DNA of 64,000 bases from Escherichia coli (GTDB lineage Bacteria > Pseudomonadota > Gammaproteobacteria > Enterobacterales > Enterobacteriaceae). The translations under genes and the position numbers were made by a program. The notes under the pieces are model-generated. The model saw only the letters and a list, made by a program, of their open reading frames with translations, had not been told where the DNA came from and searched no databases. The stretch lies in NCBI RefSeq assembly GCF_051903065.1, contig NZ_CP178438.1; one strand, given 5' to 3'. Below, in pieces: positions 45,006 through 56,675 of this stretch. Within the stretch, counting starts at the first letter, position 1; each line of letters starts with the position of its first letter.

Positions 45006-45986
45006 TCACCTTTCGCGCCAAAACTGCAAAATTGCTTCTACAAACTTGTCAGAAATAATCCCCCGACGGGCTGCCGCGCTGAAATGACTGCTTCGCAGTG
45101 CCGTCGTCCAGTTCTCCGGTGACCGGTACGCTGAACCGTAATATCCCGTGCTTAAATCGTCCGGATCTTCATCAGGCGCGTTCGTCAGTCCTCTTTCACC
45201 TTGTTGCTGGAAGTCGACGAAAATAATATTGGCTAAAACATTATTTTGATAATTGCCATAAATAGCTTCATACGCATGAGGGAAATTTTCTTTCCAGTAC
45301 CAGGTGGTATCGCCGCAAAACCAGGGCGCATCAGTAATATTATTAAGCTGAGAATGGTATTGTTTTAGATCCCTACGAAAGGCTTCAACCATATGATTAA
45401 AGTGTTGAGGGTGTGACGCGTAGTCACTGGTCATTAAGTCAAATTCGCCTTGCATCCAGCATACGCCGAGGAATTTGTTCTGCGGATTTTTTGCCAATGC
45501 GGCTCGCGTTCTGCTGACTAAATCCTGGTATAGCGGAGTATCCGTTCCCCAACGACAAGCATCATGGCTGGCTCCGTGCCGTTCTGAATATGTCCCCTCG
45601 CTGCCCGCGGTAAAAGCCGATCCGCCACGGCAACATGGAACGATGAGAACCCCTGCGTTATCAGGAATAAAGGGCAGTAATTTCCGTGCAATATGCAGTG
45701 CCTGGCCAATGGTGCCGTACTGTGTTTGATGATTCGTTGCCAGAGGATGGTGATAACCCTGCATATCCTGAACATCGTGTGGGCAGTGAGTCAGTGGAAT
45801 AATGTCGTTAAAGTGACATGACGGGCCTCCGGGATGCGTATGCGCAAATCTCGCTAATTGTTTAATTCTGGGATGAGGCGCATCTTCCCTGTCCGGTAAT
45901 GGCAGTCCTTCGCCATACGCCATGGCATTAGACTGACCAGCAACGGTAAGAACATAGTAATAATCGGGCGATATTATTGCGTCCAT
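45006..45986 (-). CDS. nanS: 9-O-acetyl-N-acetylneuraminate esterase
   Basis: 326 aa; sequence and synteny with nanM-nanC as in E. coli K-12. Confidence 0.9.
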   Translation of the reverse strand: MDAIISPDYYYVLTVAGQSNAMAYGEGLPLPDREDAPHPRIKQLARFAHTHPGGPSCHFNDIIPLTHCPHDVQDMQGYHHPLATNHQTQYGTIGQALHIARKLLPFIPDNAGVLIVPCCRGGSAFTAGSEGTYSERHGASHDACRWGTDTPLYQDLVSRTRAALAKNPQNKFLGVCWMQGEFDLMTSDYASHPQHFNHMVEAFRRDLKQYHSQLNNITDAPWFCGDTTWYWKENFPHAYEAIYGNYQNNVLANIIFVDFQQQGERGLTNAPDEDPDDLSTGYYGSAYRSPENWTTALRSSHFSAAARRGIISDKFVEAILQFWRER

Positions 45987-46049
45987 ATAATTTTCGCGTA
46001 ATTGAAATGATAAATTGATAGCAGGGCCCTTTACTGGGGCCCTGAAGCG

Positions 46050-47156
46050 TTAGTTTTGTACTGTAACTTTATTATCCTTCACAGAGATCAAAACTGAATC
46101 CGTCACCGCTTTGCCGCCTGCAGATTCACCGCCAATAATCAATAGACTATTATTCCAGGGCAATGATACTCCGTAGGCCCGACCTTGCGATAATTCACCA
46201 GATTTATCCCATTTCCCGTTATGCCAAAGATGAATATCAGTGCTATATGATTTTTTCAGGCCTTCATGCGCATAGTTCTTACCGTTCTGGTAATTTTCTC
46301 GTGAACCTTTGAATCCGGCCCCTCCGGCAAATATAAGAGAATCATTGCTTATCCCCGCAAAACCGCCAGCGACGCCATCTGGTGATGAGACGGGAGCAAG
46401 CTTATTCCATTTTAAATTATTACCGGTGAAATCAAGTTCAAATACGGCATCCGTTCGCAATCCGGGTTTGGCTTCGCCATTAATAAGCCAGGTTTTATCA
46501 CCTTTATTCACAACCGCCGCACCAGCCGTTCCGTACCAGGGAGATTCGCCAGCGTAACTCCATTGCTGTGTTGAGGGATCAAAAGACAACAGAAACTTAT
46601 TGAAGAAATAATCTTCTGCTTTTTTGTCAAAATAATGGGCATTGATCTTGTCTATAGTTGCTGAATCTTTTCCAGCCTCGTTGAGATCTTCAAAATAGCC
46701 ATTGAAGATATTCTGGTTAACACCGCCAGTAACATAAGCCTTGCCGTTGTGTACAAAAGTCACATGACCCGCCATGCCCATCGGTGCATGCGACATCAAT
46801 TTAACCCAGCTATTGGTTTTGGGGTTGTATTTGTGTACGTCATTAAATACCTGAGTCAAGCCCTTGCTATTTTTGCCAATGCCGCCAAACACATACAGAT
46901 TGCCATCAATAAATGCAGAGGTTGCTTGATCTCTTGGTCCGCCAGGGAATGCAGCTAACGCTGTCCATTTTTTATCTTTGGCCTGTGTATCCAGCTTGTA
47001 CCATGCCGTACCTGCGCTACCTAAACCAATGTAGACAGTGTCGTTATCAATTGCTCCGGTACCACTTTTAAATGGCACAGGAGTTTCCGGTAATACAGAC
47101 GCGTTTGCGGCAAATGAAGCCATCATGATAGCAAGCGCCGTTATTGTTTTATTCAT
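46050..47156 (-). CDS. nanM: N-acetylneuraminate mutarotase
   Basis: Start at ATG 47156 (MNKTITALAIMMASFAANA…, AGGAGA RBS), 368 aa; Kelch-repeat protein. Confidence 0.9.
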   Translation of the reverse strand: MNKTITALAIMMASFAANASVLPETPVPFKSGTGAIDNDTVYIGLGSAGTAWYKLDTQAKDKKWTALAAFPGGPRDQATSAFIDGNLYVFGGIGKNSKGLTQVFNDVHKYNPKTNSWVKLMSHAPMGMAGHVTFVHNGKAYVTGGVNQNIFNGYFEDLNEAGKDSATIDKINAHYFDKKAEDYFFNKFLLSFDPSTQQWSYAGESPWYGTAGAAVVNKGDKTWLINGEAKPGLRTDAVFELDFTGNNLKWNKLAPVSSPDGVAGGFAGISNDSLIFAGGAGFKGSRENYQNGKNYAHEGLKKSYSTDIHLWHNGKWDKSGELSQGRAYGVSLPWNNSLLIIGGESAGGKAVTDSVLISVKDNKVTVQN

Positions 47157-47175
47157 TGTGACTGTCTCCTGTCTA

Positions 47176-47892
47176 CTACAGTTTAAATGACACACCAATG
47201 CGATAACTGTTTTCCGATAAATTATCTCTGCCGTTGTAAACACCCTGACGGTCAAGGTAGTCATATTCTATGTATGGCGTAATATCCGGCGTCATATGGT
47301 ATTGTAGAACAAATGCATTTTCCGTCGCCCATTTCTTATGGTTTGCATAGCGATAATCGTTCTGTTTGCTGTATAGCGTCGTTTGCCATGCGAAGGTGAA
47401 ATCACTATTAATATGGTAAGTGACATATCCATCCCAACGATGAACGTTATCACGAGACATATCACCGGATAAGTCTTGTTGTCGGTAAGCTTTCCAGTCG
47501 TAACGATAGCGAATGCCAAAATTAAGATCTTTTGTCGCGTCCCAGGACAGTTTTACGTAGGGTCCGTAGCGTGTGCCGTTGCTGCTAAAATGCGTTAACA
47601 TTCCCGGGCGCACCGTCCATTGATCATCAAGTTTAATTGCGTAATTAACTTCAACCTGAACATCATTGAGTGCGGCATTTTCCTTTTTATTATCATGAAT
47701 GGTATTCCAGGTATTACTTTCCATACTTGCCCACCATCCATTTTGCCATCCCTCACTGACTTTGAGTCGAGTCTCATAGGCGTGGCTTCCACTACGATAT
47801 CCACCACGTACGTCCAGTGTCGCAGCCTGAGAAATTAATGGGGACGAAAAGCACAGTAATAATACGCCAGAAAGTATTTTAGCCTTTTTCAT
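47176..47892 (-). CDS. nanC: N-acetylneuraminic acid outer-membrane channel
   Basis: Start at ATG 47892 (MKKAKILSGVLLLCFSSPLISQA…), 238 aa. Confidence 0.9.
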   Translation of the reverse strand: MKKAKILSGVLLLCFSSPLISQAATLDVRGGYRSGSHAYETRLKVSEGWQNGWWASMESNTWNTIHDNKKENAALNDVQVEVNYAIKLDDQWTVRPGMLTHFSSNGTRYGPYVKLSWDATKDLNFGIRYRYDWKAYRQQDLSGDMSRDNVHRWDGYVTYHINSDFTFAWQTTLYSKQNDYRYANHKKWATENAFVLQYHMTPDITPYIEYDYLDRQGVYNGRDNLSENSYRIGVSFKL

Positions 47893-49348
47893 AAATTTCA
47901 CTCATTTGTAGGATACAGAAAGCAATACAAAGCCCGCATAAACAATTAGCATTTATGTTGTGTAATATTTTTTTGCCAGGCTTATAGTGTCTTTGGCAAC
48001 CGGTAGCTGTATTTTATATTTTTTTGTATAAGGTCTCCTGTGAAAAATCTCTTTTCACATTATTTAAATAAACAGAGATCCAGATTAAATACCTGAGTAT
48101 AAAATCTCTTCTGATGTTTAATTGATTTGAATGTTCGTAAGCTATATCACTTACTCAATCCATTTTACCCAGAGTCATAAAATAGAGTGTCTGTTGATCT
48201 CATTTTCATATTCCTTTCAGACTGAAGTGCGTTTTCATCACCCGATGAGAAAGAACTGAAGCGATGTTTGCCATAGATTGCAAGATGCCCTGTCTCATTG
48301 TCTATCGTGGTGCACCTTTATACCTGTTATACCAGATCAAAAATCACGCAATCCATACAACAAAACCAGATTTGCAATTCGTGTCACAAAATATGTCGAT
48401 CTTTTTCTAAGAAGAAGATGCCATGTGAAGCCAGACGAACACTTGCGGTGGTCTTCAAAAACTAAAGATCTTCTTTTAACTATATGTTTTATAAATAATT
48501 TATTTAGAGTCTAAACAAGGGAAGCTTTGCAAGCTAACTCAGTGAGCTTGGTGAAAATAAGTGTTTACCCGCCATCAGGCTGAGCATAATTCTCATCATG
48601 AAATATGTTTCCTGGTTTGTGGCTTGTAACTGGTCACTTCTGAAGTCGATCTGGAGAGGCTTGTTGATGTTGGTGTTTTCAGGATGATGTTTCACTTAGT
48701 TTGTTTGCCGTATCGCCCGGCGAATGGCTGTGATTGAGGAAGGTTTAAGTCGCAGTGACCAAAGCCATATTTACCAGCGAATGTAGATGAAAAAATCGTC
48801 TCCTGCGTTCCCCCATATCTCCAGGATAAAAAGGAATGTAACAATCTCATGGCTTAAACTGACGAACCAGCCAGGAATAATCGCTAGGGACCTAAGAATT
48901 AGCTTGATAATAGCCACTAAGAAATTACTGTGTTCCATGAAATAGCCATTTTGTGGCAAATGGAGTTGACTAATAATGTCATATGTGAGACGGCTAGTTG
49001 AACGAATATTAAATTTTGCTGAATTTTTTATGTTGATTTTACTTGTTACAGAACATATCACATGATATATAGATAAGATTAGTTGCATTAATGATGAGGG
49101 TTATTATTAGATTCGTATCAGATTGATAAATATATAAAAGTATATAGCATGCAAGAGCATAGCGTTTGTATGGCAACGTTATTATAATTAACTGTTGCTA
49201 CCCCATTTAAGTTCACTCAGAAGAACTGGTCCACTTACGTTAGTTATTAAGCAAACGTTCGCTTTTATAAACATAATCAGGATAAAAATGTTGGATTATT
49301 GCTAACCCAGCACAGCTAGTGCGCGTCTGTAATTATAAGGGAAAAACG
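47893..49348. promoter_or_regulatory. nanC-fimB divergent intergenic regulatory region
   Basis: About 1.45 kb AT-rich non-coding region between divergent nanC and fimB; in K-12 it carries the nanC and fimB promoters and distal NanR/NagC/IHF sites (established knowledge, sites not mapped here). Confidence 0.45.
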
Positions 49349-49951
49349 ATGAAGAATAAGGCTGATAACAAAAAAAGGAACTTCCTGACCCATAGTGAAA
49401 TCGAATCACTCCTTAAAGCAGCAAATACCGGGCCTCATGCAGCACGTAATTATTGTCTGACTTTGCTTTGTTTTATTCATGGTTTCCGGGCGAGTGAAAT
49501 TTGTCGATTGAGGATTTCGGATATTGATCTTAAGGCAAAGTGTATATATATCCATCGATTAAAAAAAGGCTTTTCAACAACGCACCCGCTATTGAACAAA
49601 GAAGTTCAGGCTTTAAAAAACTGGTTAAGTATCCGTACTTCGTACCCGCATGCTGAGAGCGAATGGGTATTTTTATCGCGTAAGGGGAATCCGCTTTCTC
49701 GGCAACAGTTTTACCATATTATCTCGACTTCCGGTGGTAATGCCGGGTTGTCACTGGAGATTCATCCGCACATGTTACGCCATTCGTGTGGTTTTGCTTT
49801 GGCGAATATGGGAATAGATACGCGGCTTATCCAGGATTATCTTGGGCATCGCAATATTCGTCATACTGTCTGGTATACCGCCAGCAATGCAGGGCGTTTT
49901 TACGGCATCTGGGATAGGGCCAGAGGACGACAGCGTCACGCTGTTTTATAG
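49349..49951 (+). CDS. fimB: Type 1 fimbriae recombinase FimB
   Basis: 200 aa from ATG 49349 (MKNKADNKKRNFLTHSEIESLL…); tyrosine recombinase. Confidence 0.95.
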   Translation: MKNKADNKKRNFLTHSEIESLLKAANTGPHAARNYCLTLLCFIHGFRASEICRLRISDIDLKAKCIYIHRLKKGFSTTHPLLNKEVQALKNWLSIRTSYPHAESEWVFLSRKGNPLSRQQFYHIISTSGGNAGLSLEIHPHMLRHSCGFALANMGIDTRLIQDYLGHRNIRHTVWYTASNAGRFYGIWDRARGRQRHAVL

Positions 49952-50428
49952 AGATAGTTGAGATACCAGGGATGGTGTTAAAAACTACATTATTCTTACG
50001 ATATATCAAAAATGATTAACCATTTATTAATTGATGTTATTGTGAGTGTGATTCTTAATTATCATAATAAACATTAATTTAACCATATCCATACAAAATA
50101 CAATGGTTTATGTTCTTCAAAATAAATAAACAAAATCATTCATAAATTTACACATCACTTAAATTCTCCTGTTTTCGCACTTTTTTCTTTATTTTTTAAG
50201 CAACTGGAAGTTAATCCACTGCAATCTATTGTTATATTGAATCAAATCAATGAAAATAGATGTTATCACATCAGTGATATTTTATTTTTGTATGATATTT
50301 AATGTAATTGACTGATAGCCACATCACTTCGTGTGTGGTTATCTTTTTATCTATTGGGCTAATTTTGACCGATTGAGGTTTCCTATAGGTATTCATTCAA
50401 ATATATCTCAGTTAGGAGTACTACTATT

Positions 50429-51025
50429 GTGAGTAAACGTCGTTATCTTACCGGTAAAGAAGTTCAGGCCATGATGCAGGCGGTTTGTTACGGGGCAACG
50501 GGAGCCAGAGATTATTGTCTTATTCTGTTGGCATATCGGCATGGGATGCGTATTAGTGAACTGCTTGATCTGCATTATCAGGATCTTGACCTTAATGAAG
50601 GTCGAATAAATATTCGCCGACTGAAGAACGGATTTTCTACCGTTCACCCGTTACGTTTTGATGAGCGTGAAGCTGTGGAACGCTGGACCCTGGAACGTGC
50701 TAACTGGAAAGGCGCTGATCGGACCGACGCCATATTTATTTCTCGCCGCGGGAGTCGGCTTTCTCGCCAGCAGGCCTATCGCATTATTCGTGATGCCGGT
50801 ATTGAAGCTGGAACCGTAACGCAGACTCATCCTCATATGTTAAGGCATGCTTGCGGTTATGAACTGGCGGAGCGTGGTGCCGATACCCGTTTAATTCAGG
50901 ATTATCTCGGGCATCGAAATATTCGCCATACTGTGCGTTATACCGCCAGTAATGCTGCTCGTTTTGCCGGATTATGGGAAAGAAATAATCTCATAAACGA
51001 AAAATTAAAAAGAGAAGAGGTTTGA
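50429..51025 (+). CDS. fimE: Type 1 fimbriae recombinase FimE
   Basis: 198 aa with GTG start (VSKRRYLTGKEVQAMMQ…), as in K-12. Confidence 0.95.
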   Translation: MSKRRYLTGKEVQAMMQAVCYGATGARDYCLILLAYRHGMRISELLDLHYQDLDLNEGRINIRRLKNGFSTVHPLRFDEREAVERWTLERANWKGADRTDAIFISRRGSRLSRQQAYRIIRDAGIEAGTVTQTHPHMLRHACGYELAERGADTRLIQDYLGHRNIRHTVRYTASNAARFAGLWERNNLINEKLKREEV

Positions 51026-51072
51026 TTTAACTTATTGATAATAAAGTTAAAAAACAAATAAATACAAGACAA

Positions 51073-51386
51073 TTGGGGCCAAACTGTCCATATCATAAAT
51101 AAGTTACGTATTTTTTCTCAAGCATAAAAATATTAAAAAACGACAAAAAGCACCTAACTGTTTGATATGTAAATTATTTCTCTTGTAAATTAATTTCACA
51201 TCACCTCCGCTATATGTAAAGCTAACGTTTCTGTGGCTCGACGCATCTTCCTCATTCTTCTCTCCAAAAACCACCTCATGCAATATAAAAATCTATAAAT
51301 AAAGATAACAATAGAATATTAAGCCAACAAATAAACTGAAAAAGTTTGTGCGCGATGCTTTCCTCTATGAGTCAAAATGGCCCCAA
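51073..51386. promoter_or_regulatory. fimS invertible element (fim switch), 314 bp
   Basis: 9-bp inverted repeats TTGGGGCCA (51073-51081) and TGGCCCCAA (51378-51386). Confidence 0.85.
51092..51121 (-). promoter_or_regulatory. fimA sigma-70 promoter inside fimS, pointing toward fimE (phase OFF)
   Basis: On the minus strand TTGAGA-N18-TATGAT lies next to the fimE-proximal repeat; no comparable promoter faces fimA at the other end. Confidence 0.5.
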
Positions 51387-51505
51387 ATGTTTCATCTTTT
51401 GGGGGAAAACTGTGCAGTGTTGGCAGTCAAACTCGTTGACAAAACAAAGTGTACAGAACGACTGCCCATGTCGATTTAGAAATAGTTTTTTTAAAGGAAA
51501 GCAGC

Positions 51506-52054
51506 ATGAAAATTAAAACTCTGGCAATCGTTGTTCTGTCGGCTCTGTCCCTCAGTTCCGCAGCGGCTCTGGCCGATACTACGACGGTAAATGGTGGGAC
51601 CGTTCACTTTAAAGGGGAAGTTGTTAATGCCGCTTGCGCAGTTGATGCAGGCTCTGTTGATCAAACCGTTCAGTTAGGACAGGTTCGTACCGCATCGCTG
51701 GCACAAGAAGGAGCAACCAGTTCTGCTGTCGGTTTTAACATTCAACTGAACGATTGTGACACTACTGTTGCAGACAAAGCAGCTATTGCCTTCCTTGGTA
51801 CCGCAATTGATGGCACTCATCCTAACGTATTAGCTTTGCAGAGTTCAGCTGCGGGTAGCGCAACAAAAGTTGGTGTGCAGATCCTGGACAGAACGGGCGC
51901 TGCGCTGGCGCTGGACGGTGCGACATTTAGTGCACAAACAACCCTGAATAACGGAACCAACACCATTCCGTTCCAGGCGCGTTATTTTGCAACCGGTGCC
52001 GCAACCCCTGGCGCAGCTAATGCGGATGCGACCTTCAAGGTTCAGTATCAATAA
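51506..52054 (+). CDS. fimA: Type 1 fimbrial major subunit FimA
   Basis: ATG 51506 ([23 protein letters not shown]…), 182 aa. Confidence 0.95.
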
Positions 52055-52118
52055 CCTACCCAGGTTCAGGGACGTCATTACGGGCAGGGATGCCCACCCT
52101 TGTGCGATAAAAATAACG

Positions 52119-52658
52119 ATGAAAAGGAAGAGATTATTTCTATTAGCGTCGTTGCTGCCAATGTTTGCTCTGGCCGGAAATAAATGGAATACCACGCTGC
52201 CCGGCGGAAATATGCAATTTCAGGGCGTCATTATTGCGGAAACTTGCCGGATTGAAGCCGGTGATAAACAAATGACGGTCAATATGGGGCAAATCAGCAG
52301 TAACCGGTTTCATGCGGTTGGGGAAGATAGCGCACCGGTGCCTTTTGTTATTCATTTACGGGAATGTAGCACGGTGGTGAGTGAACGTGTAGGTGTGGCG
52401 TTTCACGGTGTCGCGGATGGTAAAAATCCGGATGTGCTTTCCGTGGGAGAGGGGCCAGGGATAGCCACCAATATTGGCGTAGCGTTGTTTGATGATGAAG
52501 GAAACCTCGTACCGATTAATCGTCCTCCAGCAAACTGGAAACGGCTTTACTCAGGCTCTACTTCGCTACATTTCATCGCCAAATATCGTGCTACCGGGCG
52601 TCGGGTTACTGGCGGCATCGCCAATGCCCAGGCCTGGTTCTCTTTAACCTATCAGTAA
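52119..52658 (+). CDS. fimI: Fimbrial protein FimI
   Basis: ATG 52119 ([21 protein letters not shown]…), 179 aa. Confidence 0.9.
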
Positions 52659-52694
52659 TTGTTCAGCAGATAATGTGATAACAGGAACAGGACA

Positions 52695-53420
52695 GTGAGT
52701 AATAAAAACGTCAATGTAAGGAAATCGCAGGAAATAACATTCTGCTTGCTGGCAGGTATCCTGATGTTCATGGCAATGATGGTTGCCGGACGCGCTGAAG
52801 CGGGAGTGGCCTTAGGTGCGACTCGCGTAATTTATCCGGCAGGGCAAAAACAAGTGCAACTTGCCGTGACAAATAATGATGAAAATAGCACCTATTTAAT
52901 TCAATCATGGGTGGAAAATGCCGATGGTGTAAAGGATGGTCGTTTTATCGTGACGCCTCCTCTGTTTGCGATGAAGGGAAAAAAAGAGAATACCTTGCGT
53001 ATTCTTGATGCAACAAATAACCAATTGCCACAGGACCGGGAAAGTTTATTCTGGATGAACGTTAAAGCGATTCCGTCAATGGATAAATCAAAATTGACTG
53101 AGAATATGCTACAGCTCGCAATTATCAGCCGCATTAAACTGTACTATCGTCCGGCTAAATTAGCGTTGCCACCCGATCAGGCCGCAGAAAAATTAAGATT
53201 TCGTCGTAGCGCGAATTCTCTGACGCTGATTAACCCGACACCCTATTACCTGACGGTAACAGAGTTGAATGCCGGAGCCCGGGTTCTTGAAAATGCCTTG
53301 GTGCCTCCAATGGGCGAAAGCACGGTTAAATTGCCTTCTGATGCAGGAAGCAATATTACTTACCGAACAATAAATGATTATGGCGCACTTACCCCCAAAA
53401 TGACGGGCGTAATGGAATAA
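52695..53420 (+). CDS. fimC: Periplasmic chaperone FimC
   Basis: 241 aa, GTG start; PapD-like chaperone. Confidence 0.95.
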   Translation: MSNKNVNVRKSQEITFCLLAGILMFMAMMVAGRAEAGVALGATRVIYPAGQKQVQLAVTNNDENSTYLIQSWVENADGVKDGRFIVTPPLFAMKGKKENTLRILDATNNQLPQDRESLFWMNVKAIPSMDKSKLTENMLQLAIISRIKLYYRPAKLALPPDQAAEKLRFRRSANSLTLINPTPYYLTVTELNAGARVLENALVPPMGESTVKLPSDAGSNITYRTINDYGALTPKMTGVME

Positions 53421-53486
53421 CGCAGGGGGAATTTTTCGCCTGAATAAAAAGAATTGACTGCCGGGTGATTTTAAACCGGAGGAATA

Positions 53487-56123
53487 ATGTCATATCTGAA
53501 TTTAAGACTTTACCAGCGAAACACACAATGCTTGCATATTCGTAAGCATCGTTTGGCTGGTTTTTTTGTCCGGCTCTTTGTCGCCTGTGCTTTTGCCGCA
53601 CAGGCACCTTTGTCATCTGCCGAACTCTATTTTAATCCGCGCTTTTTAGCGGATGATCCCCAGGCTGTGGCCGATTTATCGCGTTTTGAAAATGGGCAAG
53701 AATTACCGCCAGGGACGTATCGTGTCGATATCTATTTGAATAATGGTTATATGGCAACGCGTGATGTCACATTTAATACGGGCGACAGCGAACAAGGGAT
53801 TGTTCCCTGCCTGACACGCGCGCAACTTGCCAGTATGGGGCTGAATACGGCTTCTGTCTCCGGTATGAATCTGCTGGCGGATGATGCCTGCGTGCCATTA
53901 ACCTCCATGATCCATGACGCTACTGCGCATTTAGATGTTGGTCAGCAGCGACTCAACCTGACGATCCCTCAGGCATTTATGAGTAATCGCGCGCGTGGTT
54001 ATATTCCTCCTGAGTTATGGGATCCCGGTATTAATGCCGGATTGCTCAATTATAATTTCAGCGGAAATAGTGTACAGAATCGGATTGGGGGTAACAGCCA
54101 TTATGCATATTTAAACCTACAGAGTGGGTTAAATATTGGTGCGTGGCGTTTACGCGACAATACCAGCTGGAGTTATAACAGTAGCGACAGATCATCAGGT
54201 AGCAAAAATAAATGGCAGCATATCAATACCTGGCTTGAGCGAGACATAATACCGTTACGTTCCCGGCTGACGCTGGGTGATGGTTATACTCAGGGCGATA
54301 TTTTCGATGGTATTAACTTTCGCGGCGCACAATTGGCCTCAGATGACAATATGTTACCCGATAGCCAAAGAGGATTTGCCCCGGTGATCCACGGTATTGC
54401 TCGTGGTACTGCACAGGTCACTATTAAACAAAATGGGTATGACATTTATAATAGTACGGTGCCGCCGGGGCCTTTTACCATCAACGATATCTATGCCGCA
54501 GGTAATAGTGGTGACTTGCAGGTAACGATTAAAGAGGCTGACGGCAGCACGCAGATTTTTACCGTACCCTATTCGTCAGTCCCGCTTTTGCAACGTGAAG
54601 GGCATACTCGTTATTCCATTACGGCAGGAGAATACCGTAGTGGAAATGCGCAACAGGAAAAACCCCGCTTTTTCCAAAGTACATTACTCCACGGCCTTCC
54701 GGCTGGCTGGACAATATATGGTGGAACGCAACTGGCAGATCGTTATCGTGCTTTTAATTTCGGTATCGGGAAAAACATGGGGGCACTGGGCGCTCTGTCT
54801 GTGGATATGACGCAGGCTAATTCCACACTTCCCGATGACAGTCAGCATGACGGACAATCGGTGCGTTTTCTCTATAACAAATCGCTCAATGAGTCAGGCA
54901 CGAATATTCAGTTAGTGGGTTACCGTTATTCGACCAGCGGATATTTAAATTTCGCTGATACAACATACAGTCGAATGAATGGCTACAACATCGAAACACA
55001 GGATGGAGTTATTCAGGTTAAGCCGAAATTCACCGACTATTACAACCTCGCTTATAACAAACGCGGGAAATTACAGCTCACCGTTACTCAGCAACTCGGG
55101 CGCACATCAACACTGTATTTGAGTGGTAGCCATCAAACTTATTGGGGAACGAGTAATGTCGATGAGCAATTCCAGGCTGGTTTAAATACTGCGTTCGAAG
55201 ATATCAACTGGACGCTCAGCTATAGCCTGACGAAAAACGCCTGGCAAAAAGGACGGGATCAGATGTTAGCGCTTAACGTCAATATTCCTTTCAGCCACTG
55301 GCTGCGTTCTGACAGTAAATCTCAGTGGCGACATGCCAGTGCCAGCTACAGCATGTCACACGATCTCAACGGTCGGATGACCAATCTGGCTGGTGTATAC
55401 GGTACGTTGCTGGAAGACAACAACCTCAGTTATAGCGTGCAAACCGGCTATGCCGGGGGAGGCGATGGTAATAGCGGAAGTACAGGCTACGCCACGCTGA
55501 ATTATCGCGGTGGTTACGGCAATGCCAATATCGGTTACAGCCATAGCGATGATATTAAGCAGCTCTATTACGGAGTCAGCGGTGGGGTACTGGCTCATGC
55601 TAATGGCGTAACGCTGGGGCAGCCGTTAAACGATACGGTGGTGCTTGTTAAAGCGCCTGGCGCAAAAGATGCAAAAGTCGAAAACCAGACGGGGGTGCGT
55701 ACCGACTGGCGCGGTTATGCCGTGCTGCCTTATGCCACCGAATATCGGGAAAACAGAGTGGCGCTGGATACCAATACCCTGGCTGATAACGTCGATTTAG
55801 ATAACGCGGTCGCTAACGTTGTTCCCACTCGTGGGGCGATCGTGCGAGCAGAGTTTAAAGCGCGCGTTGGGATAAAACTGCTCATGACGCTAACCCACAA
55901 TAATAAGCCGCTGCCGTTTGGGGCGATGGTGACATCAGAGAGTAGCCAGAGTAGCGGCATTGTTGCGGATAATGGTCAGGTTTACCTCAGCGGAATGCCT
56001 TTAGCGGGAAAAGTTCAGGTGAAATGGGGAGAAGAGGAAAATGCTCACTGTGTCGCCAATTATCAACTGCCACCAGAGAGTCAGCAGCAGTTATTAACCC
56101 AGCTATCAGCTGAATGTCGTTAA
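53487..56123 (+). CDS. fimD: Outer-membrane usher FimD
   Basis: 878 aa. Confidence 0.95.
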   Translation: MSYLNLRLYQRNTQCLHIRKHRLAGFFVRLFVACAFAAQAPLSSAELYFNPRFLADDPQAVADLSRFENGQELPPGTYRVDIYLNNGYMATRDVTFNTGDSEQGIVPCLTRAQLASMGLNTASVSGMNLLADDACVPLTSMIHDATAHLDVGQQRLNLTIPQAFMSNRARGYIPPELWDPGINAGLLNYNFSGNSVQNRIGGNSHYAYLNLQSGLNIGAWRLRDNTSWSYNSSDRSSGSKNKWQHINTWLERDIIPLRSRLTLGDGYTQGDIFDGINFRGAQLASDDNMLPDSQRGFAPVIHGIARGTAQVTIKQNGYDIYNSTVPPGPFTINDIYAAGNSGDLQVTIKEADGSTQIFTVPYSSVPLLQREGHTRYSITAGEYRSGNAQQEKPRFFQSTLLHGLPAGWTIYGGTQLADRYRAFNFGIGKNMGALGALSVDMTQANSTLPDDSQHDGQSVRFLYNKSLNESGTNIQLVGYRYSTSGYLNFADTTYSRMNGYNIETQDGVIQVKPKFTDYYNLAYNKRGKLQLTVTQQLGRTSTLYLSGSHQTYWGTSNVDEQFQAGLNTAFEDINWTLSYSLTKNAWQKGRDQMLALNVNIPFSHWLRSDSKSQWRHASASYSMSHDLNGRMTNLAGVYGTLLEDNNLSYSVQTGYAGGGDGNSGSTGYATLNYRGGYGNANIGYSHSDDIKQLYYGVSGGVLAHANGVTLGQPLNDTVVLVKAPGAKDAKVENQTGVRTDWRGYAVLPYATEYRENRVALDTNTLADNVDLDNAVANVVPTRGAIVRAEFKARVGIKLLMTLTHNNKPLPFGAMVTSESSQSSGIVADNGQVYLSGMPLAGKVQVKWGEEENAHCVANYQLPPESQQQLLTQLSAECR

Positions 56124-56132
56124 GGGGGCGTG

Positions 56133-56663
56133 ATGAGAAACAAACCTTTTTATCTTCTGTGCGCTTTTTTGTGGCTGGCGGTGAGTCACGCTTTGGCTGC
56201 GGATAGCACGATTACTATCCGCGGCTATGTCAGAGATAACGGCTGTAGTGTGGCCGCTGAATCAACCAATTTTACTGTTGATTTGATGGAAAACGCGGCG
56301 AAGCAATTTAACAACATTGGCGCGACGACTCCTGTCGTTCCATTTCGTATTTTGCTGTCACCCTGTGGTAATGCCGTTTCTGCCGTAAAAGTTGGGTTTA
56401 CCGGTGTTGCAGATAGCCACAATGCCAACCTGCTTGCACTTGAAAATACGGTGTCAGCGGCTTCGGGACTGGGAATACAGCTTCTGAATGAGCAGCAAAA
56501 TCAGATACCCCTTAATGCTCCATCGTCCGCGCTTTCGTGGACGACCCTGACGCCGGGTAAACCAAATACGCTGAATTTTTACGCCCGGCTAATGGCGACA
56601 CAGGTGCCTGTCACTGCGGGGCATATCAATGCCACGGCTACCTTCACTCTTGAATATCAGTAA
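56133..56663 (+). CDS. fimF: Fimbrial minor subunit FimF
   Basis: ATG 56133 ([22 protein letters not shown]…), 176 aa. Confidence 0.9.
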   Translation: MRNKPFYLLCAFLWLAVSHALAADSTITIRGYVRDNGCSVAAESTNFTVDLMENAAKQFNNIGATTPVVPFRILLSPCGNAVSAVKVGFTGVADSHNANLLALENTVSAASGLGIQLLNEQQNQIPLNAPSSALSWTTLTPGKPNTLNFYARLMATQVPVTAGHINATATFTLEYQ

Positions 56664-56675
56664 CTGGAGATGCTC

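Noticed and set aside
48771-49088. 105-aa ORF in the nanC-fimB intergenic region
   Set aside because: Lies in a very AT-rich regulatory region known to be non-coding in K-12; no RBS; likely a chance frame.
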